From the IMG/VR virus record IMGVR_UViG_3300031998_000053, positions 1 to 64,000 of that record: a stretch of DNA of 64,000 bases; one strand, 5' to 3'. Shown here in pieces: positions 1 through 10,162 of this stretch. The notes under the pieces were generated by a model. It did no database searches. It was given only the letters and a program-made list of their open reading frames with translations, and had not been told where the DNA came from. The DNA comes from a virus (taxonomy: Duplodnaviria; Caudoviricetes). Made by a program: the position numbers and the translations under genes. The stretch's first letter is position 1; each line of letters opens with the position of its first letter.

Positions 1-127
1 CTGTCAGGGTGCCGTGTGTGCCTCTCATGGATGCAAAAGAGCTGCCAGGGCTGCCAGTGGTGCCGTGTGCCGTCTTCCATCCTGTCAGGGTGCCGTGTGC
101 CTCTCATGGATGCAAAAGAGCTGCCAG
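1..127 (+). repeat. ~47-bp direct repeat (CTGTCAGGGTGCCGTGTG..CCTCTCATGGATGCAAAAGAGCTGCCAG) with GTGCC sub-repeats
   Basis: Copies at ~1-48 and ~82-127. Confidence 0.85.
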
Positions 128-192
128 AGGGTGCCGACGGGTGCCGACTGGCTCCAGAACTGGCAGAACTGCCACACAAAACTCTCTTATAT

Positions 193-273
193 TATAGAAT
201 GTGTGAAATATCACCGTTTTATAGAATGTGCGAAATATCACCGTTTTATAGAATGTGCGAAATATCACCGTTT
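193..273 (+). repeat. 3 x 27-bp tandem repeat TATAGAATGTGYGAAATATCACCGTTT
   Basis: Copies at 193-219, 220-246, 247-273; one mismatch; no spacers. Confidence 0.95.
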
Positions 274-337
274 TTTTAGTTCAAAAATAGGCTAAAACAA
301 AAAATTTTCAAGAAAAAGCAAAATTTTCCCGAAAAAA

Positions 338-369
338 TTTGGTAGTTTCAAAAATAATGCTTACCTTTG
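338..369 (+). promoter_or_regulatory. Bacteroidetes sigma-A promoter (TTTG-N20-TACCTTTG)
   Basis: Matches the -33/-7 consensus; leader hairpin GTGGC-AAGA-GCCAC follows. Confidence 0.8.
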
Positions 370-422
370 CAGCAGAAATTTAAGTTTAACCGTGGCAAGA
401 GCCACACAAAACAAAAGTAATT

Positions 423-1100
423 ATGAGCGCACCTAATTTTAATTGCAGCCACAATTCACGCCACATGGCAGTATTTTGTATCTCTCAGGACTTCGAGGCA
501 TACAAAAAGGACTCAAAGGAAAACGATCCTGACTGGTACGAGGAAAACGAGGACTATTTAGAAAATAGCCCCTGGGCACAGTCTGACTGGTACGACGAAG
601 AAAAGCGTTATTATTTCGACTGGCTGGAGGAAAAGCTGAAGGAGTCCGGCCTGAACGCTCGTAACTTTGCAGACGCTGGCAAAGTATGTGACGGCGACGA
701 AGTTTGCACCGTTGGCACTTCTTTCCGTTTCGCTGGCATTGACTTCGATCTCGTTGTTTCCATCGACTTCGAGGCCGGTTATTATGATGGTTTCAAACTT
801 GACTGGAATATTAAAGAAGTTTGTGGCATTGATACAGACAGTTTGAAGTGGATCGACGCTGAAGACTTGACAGACGCACTGACGGGCACCTGGACGGGCT
901 GGGGATCCTACAGAGAATATAATAGCCCTGGACTGGCTAAAATGTTGGCCCCTAAACTCCGCAAACGTATTGAGCGGGAACTGGCTGCCATGACCGGCAA
1001 AATTGATGACTGTTTAGAGGCCATCGCCCCACACTGTTGGGAAGGGATGACCCTGGGCAACGGCGAAGGTATTTATTTCGAGCAAAAGGAGGCCGCCTGA
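423..1100 (+). CDS. Acidic hypothetical early protein (ends KEAA)
   Basis: 225 aa ORF downstream of a promoter, AT-rich leader. Confidence 0.8.
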   Translation: MSAPNFNCSHNSRHMAVFCISQDFEAYKKDSKENDPDWYEENEDYLENSPWAQSDWYDEEKRYYFDWLEEKLKESGLNARNFADAGKVCDGDEVCTVGTSFRFAGIDFDLVVSIDFEAGYYDGFKLDWNIKEVCGIDTDSLKWIDAEDLTDALTGTWTGWGSYREYNSPGLAKMLAPKLRKRIERELAAMTGKIDDCLEAIAPHCWEGMTLGNGEGIYFEQKEAA

Positions 1101-1167
1101 CGGCCTTCTCTCTGCCCTCTTTATAGTTACTCCATTTATTCACAGAAAACGTAAAATTGACAATATT

Positions 1168-1329
1168 ATGACCGTTTCAAGACTTTACAGAAAAGAGTTG
1201 CGTCTGGCCTACATTCTGGCCCGTCTCATGGATCGCTTTCCGCGTCTGACTTCTTTTGCCCTCTGGGGCCTCTCTCTCTGGGCACTGTGGTACATCTTTA
1301 TGAACTACAATTTTACTACTCACATTTAA
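1168..1329 (+). CDS. Small putative membrane protein (53 aa)
   Basis: Manually translated MTVSRLYRK...FALWGLSLWALWYIFM...; below the ORF-track cutoff. Confidence 0.55.
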   Translation: MTVSRLYRKELRLAYILARLMDRFPRLTSFALWGLSLWALWYIFMNYNFTTHI

Positions 1330-1384
1330 TGCCTTTATAGGCTCTCTAAAATTTCACCGTTTCACTAAAAAACAGAAAACAATT

Positions 1385-1732
1385 ATGGCAATTATTCGCG
1401 TAAATATCGAGACTGAAAAGGCTACATTTAGCCGAGTTTTTACTGACGAACAGCAGGCACTTCAGGAGGCCGACGCTTTCCTGTTTGAGCACGAACTGAA
1501 TGACGGTTGCAGCCTGGCCAGTAACGAGGACTTTATAGCCCTGAATGCTGTTTTAGCAGAGCTTTTCGATGATCCCTGGAATGCTGAGAACTTCGCACAG
1601 TGGGATGACATCACAGAGGCCGTTTCCGACTTCGTTCTACAGGCTTTGCGCTCTGGTTCCATCCTGGATGATGAAACGCTCCTTTCTATCGCTAACAACC
1701 TGGACGCTCCCCTCATGGAGTTGGCCGCTTAA
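1385..1732 (+). CDS. Acidic hypothetical protein (ends ELAA)
   Basis: 115 aa ORF with the shared leader CACTAAAAAACAGAAAACAATTATG. Confidence 0.75.
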   Translation: MAIIRVNIETEKATFSRVFTDEQQALQEADAFLFEHELNDGCSLASNEDFIALNAVLAELFDDPWNAENFAQWDDITEAVSDFVLQALRSGSILDDETLLSIANNLDAPLMELAA

Positions 1733-1786
1733 AAATTCACTTTATAGTAACTCCAATTTTTCACCGTTTTTTCAAATTTTCGCGTT

Positions 1787-4234
1787 ATGAAACACAATGT
1801 AGCACTTTTCGAGATCGTGAACCGTCTGGCAGTAGTATTAAGCAACGAGGAACTGACTGCCGAGTATAACCAGGATAGCAATACACGCGAGGGCGTTTGT
1901 GGTTGGTGTGGCGTTATGTCGCCGCTTACCCGTGTGGCCTTTATTGAAGACTTCGGACTCGATGCCGTTTTGCTGGCTGAAATGGAGGCCCGCAAGATCA
2001 TCCAGAAAAAGGCTGAAGAATACGCTGCAACAGCTTTCCACCGTCACGAACTGGAGGCCGACGAGCACAAGGCTGCCGGACAGCCAGCACCTACTCACGA
2101 AGGGCAGTTTGTTTGGGCTGTTTCTTCGTGCCTGAAGGGTGAGGGTGGCTTCAGTAGAGAACTCCGTTCCCTGGTGGAGTATGGAGGCGACCAGCACGAG
2201 CACGGCTCCCGCCTGTGCTGTATTGAGAAAATAATTACCGTTGACTCTCTGCCAATGAGTTACGCCGACTGTGACGCAATAGTAACGGCTTACGGCTTGC
2301 ATGGTGGTAGCCGTTCCGACGATGTGACAGACGAACAGATCAACAACCTGGGTGGCCTCTGGAATCTTCCAGAAGATCAGATAGCACTTTTCTATACAGT
2401 TGCCGCCGCTGTGGTCGATAAGGCCGGACGTTGGTACCTGATGGATGCAGAGGGCTATGACTATTGCCGTTACTATTATAGCCCCTGTGATTTTTCACAG
2501 GTTTTCGCTTCTGAAGTTTCGGCCATCAATGCCGAGATAGCAGCCGAGAAAGAGGCTGAGAAGCGCGAACAGGAGGAAGCAGCTGCCGCACGTCTGGAGG
2601 CATACCGTCAGAAGTGCCAGAAGTGGGAAAATATTATGGAGCCTGTGGCTCCCTACGAGAAGGCTGAGAAAGAGGCTGCCGCCGCTCTCAATGCCATCCC
2701 CTACCGCCAGCAGAAGGGTAGCAAGGAGCAAAAGGCATACAAGAGCGCACAAATGAAGCTCAATAACTGCCGCCGTCGCAATATTCTGGCTATGGTTGCA
2801 ACCGCTTTTCCTGGACTGTCTGTCTCACTGAAAAAGGACAACGGATGGGGTGCCGATTGGGATCTGTCATGGCAGGACGGCCCCACGTCTGAAGAGTTCA
2901 ACGAGGCCACCGACCTGGAACTTTTTGCCACCTATGGCGACCGTTTTAATGGCATGGAAGATTATGCCTATACAACCGACTACGAGCACACCGACTTTGC
3001 CCGTAAGTACATGGGTGATCATGCAGCCGAGATCGACACACACCGTAACTGGAGTAACGAAAAACGTGCCGAGCTTGTAAAGAAGCACGAGGCTGCCGGT
3101 TACGATGCCGACCGCGAGGCATGGAAAGAGTTTTGCGCTACAAGCTATTTCGTGGCTCCTGAGACTCCCGTAACGCCAGACCCTGACAATCATCCGCGTC
3201 GTACAGAAAAGGCCGTCAGAGAAGCCGAAAACGGCTCTGGTGACATTCCAGCCGGTCTGTCGCTCGTTGACATTGAAGGTGGTGTGGCTGTGGTTGGTGA
3301 AAACTGGAAAGATACTTATTTCCACAAGCGCGAAATAAAAGCCCATGGTGCAACATGGAATAAAGAGGCCCAGCAGTGGCAGGCTACCGAGCCAGAGGCC
3401 GTGGCCGCTCTTCGTGCTTGGTTTGGTGTGGCTGCCGATGAGCAGCCAACCACTACCGATGATTCTCACGTTATAGAGTCTGTGAAAAATCAGAGTTCCA
3501 GTAACCTGGATGATTCTCACGTCTCTATGCTTCGTGACCATTACTCTCTGAATTACGATAATTTCCACGCACTGAAAGACCGTTGGGGTCTGCGTCAGTC
3601 TGTTGTATTTTTCCGCTATGCTGACCACTGCGAACTGTACGGCTGGGATGCTTCTACGGTGGCTCCATGGCTCAACCGTAAGCCAGTAGCACCAACTGAT
3701 CCGCACGAGGGCACTGTACTGTTCTATGCTCTCTCACTTGACACCGATCTCGCGTATATAGCTGAAGACCTTATTTGCAAAAAAGGTTTGCAGGTGGTTT
3801 ACACAGATGGTCTGTCGGCTGCCGATGATCCTGCGCCCGATGGTTCGCCCAGCAGAAACTCAGAGACTCCCGTTATAGAGCCTGTGAAAAATCAGTCTCC
3901 TGTTATGAAACAGTTTGCCGAGTTGAAGGAAAAACACCCTGATGCTTTGTTCCTCTTCCGTTGTGGCGACTTCTACGAAATTTATGCCGAGGATGCAGAG
4001 AAGGTCTGCCCCATCCTGGAAATTACGTTGACCACTCATAAGGATGGTTATAAGATGGCTGCATTCCCTTATCATGCTCTCGACACTTATTTGCCTAAGT
4101 TGGTACGCAAGGGCTACCGTTTGGCTATCTGTGACCAACTGGAAGATCCACGGATCACTCGCAAACTGGTGAAGCGAGGTATCACCGAAATGGTTACTTC
4201 TGTTTCGCCTGATAAGGATCAGGAGGCCGCTTGA
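1787..4234 (+). CDS. Polyvalent protein: LPD29-like segment plus C-terminal MutS domain I
   Basis: AFPGLSVSL...SWQDGPT...GMED segment; C-terminal [28 protein letters not shown] typical of MutS_I. Confidence 0.7.
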   Translation: MKHNVALFEIVNRLAVVLSNEELTAEYNQDSNTREGVCGWCGVMSPLTRVAFIEDFGLDAVLLAEMEARKIIQKKAEEYAATAFHRHELEADEHKAAGQPAPTHEGQFVWAVSSCLKGEGGFSRELRSLVEYGGDQHEHGSRLCCIEKIITVDSLPMSYADCDAIVTAYGLHGGSRSDDVTDEQINNLGGLWNLPEDQIALFYTVAAAVVDKAGRWYLMDAEGYDYCRYYYSPCDFSQVFASEVSAINAEIAAEKEAEKREQEEAAAARLEAYRQKCQKWENIMEPVAPYEKAEKEAAAALNAIPYRQQKGSKEQKAYKSAQMKLNNCRRRNILAMVATAFPGLSVSLKKDNGWGADWDLSWQDGPTSEEFNEATDLELFATYGDRFNGMEDYAYTTDYEHTDFARKYMGDHAAEIDTHRNWSNEKRAELVKKHEAAGYDADREAWKEFCATSYFVAPETPVTPDPDNHPRRTEKAVREAENGSGDIPAGLSLVDIEGGVAVVGENWKDTYFHKREIKAHGATWNKEAQQWQATEPEAVAALRAWFGVAADEQPTTTDDSHVIESVKNQSSSNLDDSHVSMLRDHYSLNYDNFHALKDRWGLRQSVVFFRYADHCELYGWDASTVAPWLNRKPVAPTDPHEGTVLFYALSLDTDLAYIAEDLICKKGLQVVYTDGLSAADDPAPDGSPSRNSETPVIEPVKNQSPVMKQFAELKEKHPDALFLFRCGDFYEIYAEDAEKVCPILEITLTTHKDGYKMAAFPYHALDTYLPKLVRKGYRLAICDQLEDPRITRKLVKRGITEMVTSVSPDKDQEAA

Positions 4235-4329
4235 CGGCCTCCATCCTACCCTCTTTATAACGTATCTGAAATTTCACCGTTTTCATAAATTCATCAATTC
4301 ATCGTTTCACTAAAAAACAGAAAACAATT

Positions 4330-4710
4330 ATGGCAACAACATTTGTAAAAGCTCAGTATGATGCAGACAACCGTACCATGGTGGCCTGGACAGACCGTGA
4401 CCGCGTAGAATTATTTTACGTCTATTCCAAGCAGGAACACGATGACCGTATCAATCGTGCTAACCTGGCAGAATATCTGGAAGATCAGTTTTACGAGAAT
4501 GAGATACCAGAAAAGTATGATGGCTCCTATGAGAAATGGGCCGACTCTTTCAGCTATGATGATATGTCAGAAATGCTGTTTGATTCCTCTCACTGTTGCG
4601 AGTGGCCGGACATCTGTCATCTCGCTGGTCTCGACCCAAACGACGATAATAATGCCTTTGGAGAGTGGACGGCTTCAATGCCAGTCAGTCACTACAAACA
4701 GGCTGCATAA
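4330..4710 (+). CDS. Acidic hypothetical protein (ends KQAA)
   Basis: 126 aa ORF, shared leader. Confidence 0.75.
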   Translation: MATTFVKAQYDADNRTMVAWTDRDRVELFYVYSKQEHDDRINRANLAEYLEDQFYENEIPEKYDGSYEKWADSFSYDDMSEMLFDSSHCCEWPDICHLAGLDPNDDNNAFGEWTASMPVSHYKQAA

Positions 4711-4749
4711 TAAATTCATTTATTCACCAATTCATTAAATCATAAAGTT

Positions 4750-5130
4750 ATGAACGCTATTACTTGTAATCATATCGGTTTTATCATTGTTGGCCTGGCC
4801 GCAATTAACCTCTGGGGAGGTGGTGAAGGAACCATCCCTATGAAGTCCACTCGTATCAACACTACTGAACCGCTCACTCAGAAACAGATCCGTGAGGCTG
4901 TCAACGATGGTGGCTTTGGGGCAGAGTCTATCATGGGTGCTGTTGTGCGTGTCGATACCATTTATGAACATGGTGCTAAGACGTATGGTGATGCTCAGAT
5001 CATCAATTTCTCGCCTGCTGGTGCCTGGTCACGTCATTTGGGCGAGGTGCTTTCCTGGGGCCATGAGCAATCTCCTGTCAGCGTCTGGGAATGTGATGAT
5101 GACCAACTGAAAACTGTGGGGTTGGCTTGA
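4750..5130 (+). CDS. Hypothetical protein
   Basis: 126 aa ORF in operon. Confidence 0.7.
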   Translation: MNAITCNHIGFIIVGLAAINLWGGGEGTIPMKSTRINTTEPLTQKQIREAVNDGGFGAESIMGAVVRVDTIYEHGAKTYGDAQIINFSPAGAWSRHLGEVLSWGHEQSPVSVWECDDDQLKTVGLA

Positions 5131-5182
5131 CCGCCCCACTTCTAAAATTCATTAAATCATAAATTCATTAAAACATACAATT

Positions 5183-6682
5183 ATGAAACTATTTACAGAT
5201 AACCCCGATTTCTATCCCACTCCTGTGGAAGTGATTGAACAAATGATGATGGGTGAAGACATCATCGGTAAGACTATCTTAGAGCCTTCTGCCGGCTCTG
5301 GTAATATTGTTGACTGGCTCAAAAATAATGGTGCTGGTGAAGTTATTGCCTGCGAGAATGACCCTACGCTGTTGAAGATTCTGAGAGGCAAATGTGATAT
5401 CCTGGCTGAAGACTTCCTGACTGTCACCTCTGAGCAGGTTTCACACATTGACTACATTGTAATGAACCCGCCATTTTCTCAGGATGCCCGTCACATTCTC
5501 CATGCCTTTGATATTGCACCCGCTGGATGTACTATTATTGCCCTCTGTAATAGTAGCAGTGTTAATCCTGGCTATCGTGACACAAAGGAGGAACAACGGT
5601 TGCAAGAGGCAATAGATCTCTATGGTCAGAGTGATTATTTGGGTGAGTGTTTTTCTTCAGCTGAGAGACGCACAAACGTACATGTGGCCATGGTAAAACT
5701 CTATAAGCCTGGTGAGGGTGCCAGCGAGTTTGACGGTTATTTCTTCTCTGCCGTCGATGAAGACCAGGCCAACGTGGAAGGCAAGGAAGGAATCATGCAA
5801 TATAACTTGGTGCGTGAATTAGTTGGCCGGTATGTTACGGCTGTTAAACTGTTCGATGAGACGTTAGCAGCTGCACAGAAAATCAACGAGGCCGCTCGCT
5901 GTCCTGAAGCTGGTGAGTATGACTATATTCCCATAAAGTTTACGACTGTCAGCAGTGACGGCCATTCTAAGGAGGTCTCTCACCAACAGTATAAGAAGGC
6001 TCTCCAGAAATATTACTGGCGTATTATTTTCAAAAAACTGCACATGGAGAAATACGCTACTAAGCAGCTGCGTGAGCAGATCAACAAGTTTATCGAGACT
6101 CAGATTCATGTGCCATTTACGATGCACAATATCTATCGTGTCATTGACATGGTGATACAGACTAATGGCCAGCGTATGAACAAAGCTATGGAGGAAGCAT
6201 TTGACCTGATTTGTAGCCTATCGGCTGAGAACAGTACAGCTGGTGAACACTGGAAGACGAATGCTAACTACATGGTGAATCGTAGGTTTATCGTCAACTA
6301 TATGTGTGAGGGCTACGACCGTTACGGTACTGACAAATACGGTCGTAATTGTAAACGAGCCTACCCTACCCTGTATTTTGGTTATCACGATTCCCACCGT
6401 TCTGACCTGGAAGATGTCTGCAAAGCATTGTGCCACCTGACTGGCAGAAACTATGATTGTATAGAACCATTATCTAATCATGGTGCCAGAAGCAGCTGGT
6501 CTAACGATGGCGAGGAATGGGGCCAGTGGTTTGTCTGGGGATTCTTCCGCTGTAAGGCTTTCAAGAAGGGCACTATGCACTTCGAGTTTCTGGACGAAGA
6601 TGTTTGGTTTAAGTTCAATTATGAGGTGGCCAAACTGAAGGGATGGGCATTGCCTAAGAAAACTGTTAAGGAGGCCGCATAA
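5183..6682 (+). CDS. Adenine methyltransferase with DUF4942-like C-terminal domain
   Basis: FYPTP, ILEPSAGSG (motif I), MNPPF (motif IV); C-terminal FFRCKAFKKGTMHFEF. Confidence 0.8.
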   Translation: MKLFTDNPDFYPTPVEVIEQMMMGEDIIGKTILEPSAGSGNIVDWLKNNGAGEVIACENDPTLLKILRGKCDILAEDFLTVTSEQVSHIDYIVMNPPFSQDARHILHAFDIAPAGCTIIALCNSSSVNPGYRDTKEEQRLQEAIDLYGQSDYLGECFSSAERRTNVHVAMVKLYKPGEGASEFDGYFFSAVDEDQANVEGKEGIMQYNLVRELVGRYVTAVKLFDETLAAAQKINEAARCPEAGEYDYIPIKFTTVSSDGHSKEVSHQQYKKALQKYYWRIIFKKLHMEKYATKQLREQINKFIETQIHVPFTMHNIYRVIDMVIQTNGQRMNKAMEEAFDLICSLSAENSTAGEHWKTNANYMVNRRFIVNYMCEGYDRYGTDKYGRNCKRAYPTLYFGYHDSHRSDLEDVCKALCHLTGRNYDCIEPLSNHGARSSWSNDGEEWGQWFVWGFFRCKAFKKGTMHFEFLDEDVWFKFNYEVAKLKGWALPKKTVKEAA

Positions 6683-6766
6683 TGGCCTCCTTTTCCTCTT
6701 TGATTGAGTAAAATACGAGTTAAAACAAACTTTTTTCGCTTTTTCTTGAAAATAGTCGCTTAAAAA

Positions 6767-6798
6767 TTTGGTTATATCAAAAAATATGCTTATCTTTG
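6767..6798 (+). promoter_or_regulatory. Bacteroidetes promoter (TTTG-N20-TATCTTTG)
   Basis: Consensus match; leader AAGTTTAACCGTGGC..GCCACACAAAACAA shared with the promoter at 338. Confidence 0.8.
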
Positions 6799-6854
6799 CA
6801 CCGACAATTTGAAGTTTAACCGTGGCACCGAGCCACACAAAACAAGTTTTGAGT

Positions 6855-7160
6855 ATGACAAAGGTAGTTTTTCGTAAGTTTAAGGATGGTGAGGTTATCG
6901 CTGTGTTTCCTGAAGTCTCATGGAATTATGTTCATTTGATGAGTTATCAGCATGTCGGACAGCATGGCGACTGTGTGCCTTGGATTGCATCGTTTACTAA
7001 GCCTGCCACTCCACAAGAGTATGCTCCGTTGTTGGCAGAACTGAATCAGATTGGTTACAACGATCTTCGTATTATGAAACGTATCAATCTGAACACTCCG
7101 CGTCGCTCTTTTTCTGAATATGGTCAGCAGGAACTTCCTGCCGCTATCTCAGCTTCTTAA
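6855..7160 (+). CDS. Hypothetical phage protein
   Basis: MTKVVFRKFKDGEVIAVFP...SYQHVGQHG; ATG start chosen at 6855. Confidence 0.7.
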   Translation: MTKVVFRKFKDGEVIAVFPEVSWNYVHLMSYQHVGQHGDCVPWIASFTKPATPQEYAPLLAELNQIGYNDLRIMKRINLNTPRRSFSEYGQQELPAAISAS

Positions 7161-7526
7161 TTGTTGTTTACTAAAACAGGAATGTCTATGGCAAGGAAAA
7201 GAACACAACAGGTTTATGTGAGAACGGATAGCGACCAAGGTATTGACTATACGCTCGTTTCATGTCGTAAAGGTGTACTTGGTGGAATTTACTTTCTGGA
7301 AGACGATAATTATAATTGGCGTTATAATATCCAGAAGGCTAACGGTTGGTGGTATAATGAGACTTTTGAAACAGAGCTGGAGGCTATTCGATATCTTGTG
7401 AAAAACTCATTCCTTATGAATTGGGGATATGATGTTATTAGCATTAAATTGGGATATTATACTAACTCTGAGAGTGGTGCCATCACCTATCGAGACAATA
7501 TCCAGGCTGTCAATCTGGCTGCATAA
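7161..7526 (+). CDS. Hypothetical protein (ends NLAA)
   Basis: ORF in operon; true start probably a few codons downstream. Confidence 0.65.
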   Translation: MLFTKTGMSMARKRTQQVYVRTDSDQGIDYTLVSCRKGVLGGIYFLEDDNYNWRYNIQKANGWWYNETFETELEAIRYLVKNSFLMNWGYDVISIKLGYYTNSESGAITYRDNIQAVNLAA

Positions 7527-7564
7527 TTTCATAGATTCATAAATTCATAAATTCATATACAACT

Positions 7565-8362
7565 ATGGCAAAGAAAGAAAAAGTTTCCGACTACCTGAAA
7601 AGCGGTAAGCGTGAAGTGCAGGATTATCTCGGAACCGAGGAAGAGCCGTTTGTGAAGATCACAACTGCCACCGGCTGTTACTCTTTTATTGAGACTAACG
7701 ATCCTGTGAGTAAAAAGACTGCCTATGACTATATAGACAGTTATGTGAAGCGTGAAGAGCGTCGCCTGGCTAATAAGCTGAACTATGGCGATGAGCGAGG
7801 ACGTAGTGCTGTGTATTGCGACAATCAGACGGCAAAGGACTTGGGTCTGTTGCATGGCCGTCCTGACTATCTGCGTGTGGCCTATCGTGCTTATGTGATG
7901 TCACAAAAGGCTCCTGAGAAGCTGCGCAGTTATGTCTATCATAACATGATTGTGATGGCAAATCGTTTCCATGGTGATGCTGAGAAGTTCTACCTTCAGG
8001 ACATTTCGGCATATACATTCGAGGTGTTGCCACCGGCATGGCGCAAATGCCTGAATGAGCCGTGCCCAGAGCTGGAGGGCGTTACTCTGTTTGACATCCT
8101 GGAACCGTTGACACCGAGCTTTAAGGAGGGTCAGAGTATGGCCCGTAAGATGATAGGTGGAAAGTTCGTGAAGTGCAAGGTGGTTGGAATTGAATACAAC
8201 TATCAATATACCATCCGTCGTGGTGAGCTTGGGAGTAATCCCTTTGTACTGGAGTATCGCGTAAAGAATGTGGATGATAACAGTCGTTGCCCGCGTTACT
8301 ATAATGTGCGTCGTGATAATGCCTACCCTGCTTTCCATGCTGAGGAACAAAAGAAGAAATGA
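7565..8362 (+). CDS. Hypothetical protein
   Basis: 265 aa ORF. Confidence 0.75.
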   Translation: MAKKEKVSDYLKSGKREVQDYLGTEEEPFVKITTATGCYSFIETNDPVSKKTAYDYIDSYVKREERRLANKLNYGDERGRSAVYCDNQTAKDLGLLHGRPDYLRVAYRAYVMSQKAPEKLRSYVYHNMIVMANRFHGDAEKFYLQDISAYTFEVLPPAWRKCLNEPCPELEGVTLFDILEPLTPSFKEGQSMARKMIGGKFVKCKVVGIEYNYQYTIRRGELGSNPFVLEYRVKNVDDNSRCPRYYNVRRDNAYPAFHAEEQKKK

Positions 8363-8721
8363 CAATGAATAACTACACTTTTACTATCGCAGAACAGCAA
8401 GGGGAATATGGCCACTCGTTCCCCTTGCTCACCGCCAATGAGTACCCCTACATGAATATCCAGATTGTTCCTACCCCACCCCAGCAACGTGATATGATTA
8501 TCGAGGCTCTGCGCCGTCGTGGTGGCTGGATCATTCAGGCTGAAGGCCGTACTGACTTTGTGGCTATCCAGGCAGGAGGGCACCACCCAGACCAGCCGGA
8601 CATTGAAATTAACTCGTTGAACTATCGAGAGGTGGCCGCCTCTCTCCATGAGTGTATGCAGGCCGCTGCTGACTATTGGGCTTCGACGCACAAAGAAGTA
8701 GCGGAAAATAGCGGAAAATAG
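8359..8721 (+). CDS. Hypothetical protein
   Basis: ATGA overlap with upstream gene; AGCGGAAAAT x3 at its 3' end (8700-8729). Confidence 0.7.
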   Translation: MTMNNYTFTIAEQQGEYGHSFPLLTANEYPYMNIQIVPTPPQQRDMIIEALRRRGGWIIQAEGRTDFVAIQAGGHHPDQPDIEINSLNYREVAASLHECMQAAADYWASTHKEVAENSGK

Positions 8722-8780
8722 CGGAAAATATTGTAAAAACAAACTTTTTTCGCTTTTTCTTGAAAATAATCGCAAAAATA

Positions 8781-8812
8781 TTTGGTGGTTTCAGAAATAA
8801 TACTTACCTTTG
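8781..8812 (+). promoter_or_regulatory. Bacteroidetes promoter (TTTG-N20-TACCTTTG)
   Basis: Consensus match; upstream AAAACAAACTTTTTTCGCTTTTTCTTGAAAATA shared with the 6767 promoter. Confidence 0.8.
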
Positions 8813-8874
8813 CAGCAGATAAGTTAATTATTAGTATTCACCGAGTCAACGGAGGCTCACAAAACAAAAAGGAT

Positions 8875-9183
8875 ATGGCAAACAAAAAATCTCTTCGCAA
8901 GCGTCAGTTACAAGACCTCAGAGGTCTGGTACATTCTAACGACTTCAAACTCCTGGTGCCGGTAGAACTGTGCTGCCTGAAGGGTGGCGGTTTCACTATT
9001 ACTGCTACACACCTCTCTCCTGATGAGGACTTTGTAGATGTGTTCGTACAGAGTGGCGACTTCGACGCTATCAATGAGAATCGTGCCGGCTGCTGCATGG
9101 CCAGTGATCTGACAGCCGAATCGTTGGCACGTCTGCATCAAGCAGCTTGGAAAGCTGCCTTTACAGGTGGCAGACTTCACTAA
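8875..9183 (+). CDS. Hypothetical protein
   Basis: ATG start MANKK downstream of promoter. Confidence 0.65.
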   Translation: MANKKSLRKRQLQDLRGLVHSNDFKLLVPVELCCLKGGGFTITATHLSPDEDFVDVFVQSGDFDAINENRAGCCMASDLTAESLARLHQAAWKAAFTGGRLH

Positions 9184-9234
9184 TTCAATAACTCATTATT
9201 TCATTAAATCATCAATTCATTAAAACATACAATT

Positions 9235-10086
9235 ATGAAACATTCAGCAGATTTTTACAAGGTAGTGAACGCAGTTATCAACACTCTTAATCAGGGTGAT
9301 TCAGTGGCTTACGTCTCAGGTGGTCAGGGTGGTAGTGGCTTTGGCCTGTTCTCACCAGATGAAGACTTCCGCGAGTTGCGGATGCACCTCCTGGACGACT
9401 TTACATCTATTGAAGAACTGGATGCCGATGACGATGAGCTGTTCAATGATTGGAGTGGGGTAGAGGACTATGATTCATCATTCGACTTTTACGAGTTTTC
9501 AACATCCACCTCTCGCCTTCAGGTGATGATCAATCCAGATAATTATGTCAACAGCTATGACCTGCGCGACATGATTAGTGATGACTACGACCTGGAGTGT
9601 GGCGAGATTACCGAGGGTATGAATGGTTATCCCAGCTGCCTGCGTGGTTGTGTGCTTCTGAATGGTGGCGACACTACGATTGAGGGTGCTCAGGCTATTG
9701 CCGATCTCTATGGTGTGCAACTGGTATCACTGCATCGTCGTGCCGGTTGGGATCTCTGGGAGTGCAAAGGTACTGCCTATGAGTTGTACGACTTCCAGGA
9801 CTTCGTGAGCAGCCATGATGACAACATCGTTACTTTCTGTAGTTTCAAGTCTTATGCTGACTATCTGCGTGAGGTTGCTGCCGAGGTTGCCGATGATGAA
9901 GAGCCTACGTCTGAACTTGTAGAACTGGCTGATAAGGTAGAGAATGAAGTGTTAGGCGTGAATGAGTTTATCAGCGTCAACACCTACGATCTGACTCGTT
10001 ATGAGAAAGAAAAGATGCTTTGTGACCACTTCGAGTATGACAGTCACTATTATACGTTGGCCCTGGATTGCATGGTTACAGATTAG
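9235..10086 (+). CDS. Highly acidic hypothetical protein
   Basis: 283 aa, D/E-rich. Confidence 0.75.
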   Translation: MKHSADFYKVVNAVINTLNQGDSVAYVSGGQGGSGFGLFSPDEDFRELRMHLLDDFTSIEELDADDDELFNDWSGVEDYDSSFDFYEFSTSTSRLQVMINPDNYVNSYDLRDMISDDYDLECGEITEGMNGYPSCLRGCVLLNGGDTTIEGAQAIADLYGVQLVSLHRRAGWDLWECKGTAYELYDFQDFVSSHDDNIVTFCSFKSYADYLREVAAEVADDEEPTSELVELADKVENEVLGVNEFISVNTYDLTRYEKEKMLCDHFEYDSHYYTLALDCMVTD

Positions 10087-10162
10087 CCCGTTATAGTATC
10101 ACTAAAATTTCACTAAAATATCACTATTATTTCACCGTTTCACTAAAAAACAGAAAACAATT

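Noticed and set aside
193-273. CRISPR array
   Set aside because: The 27-bp units are head-to-tail with no spacers, and no cas genes are seen.
9-295. ORFs 9-197, 14-295 and 16-279
   Set aside because: They are products of repeat sequence and lie upstream of the first promoter.
3890-4234. Mismatch-repair mutS gene
   Set aside because: Only domain I is present; there is no ATPase or clamp domain.
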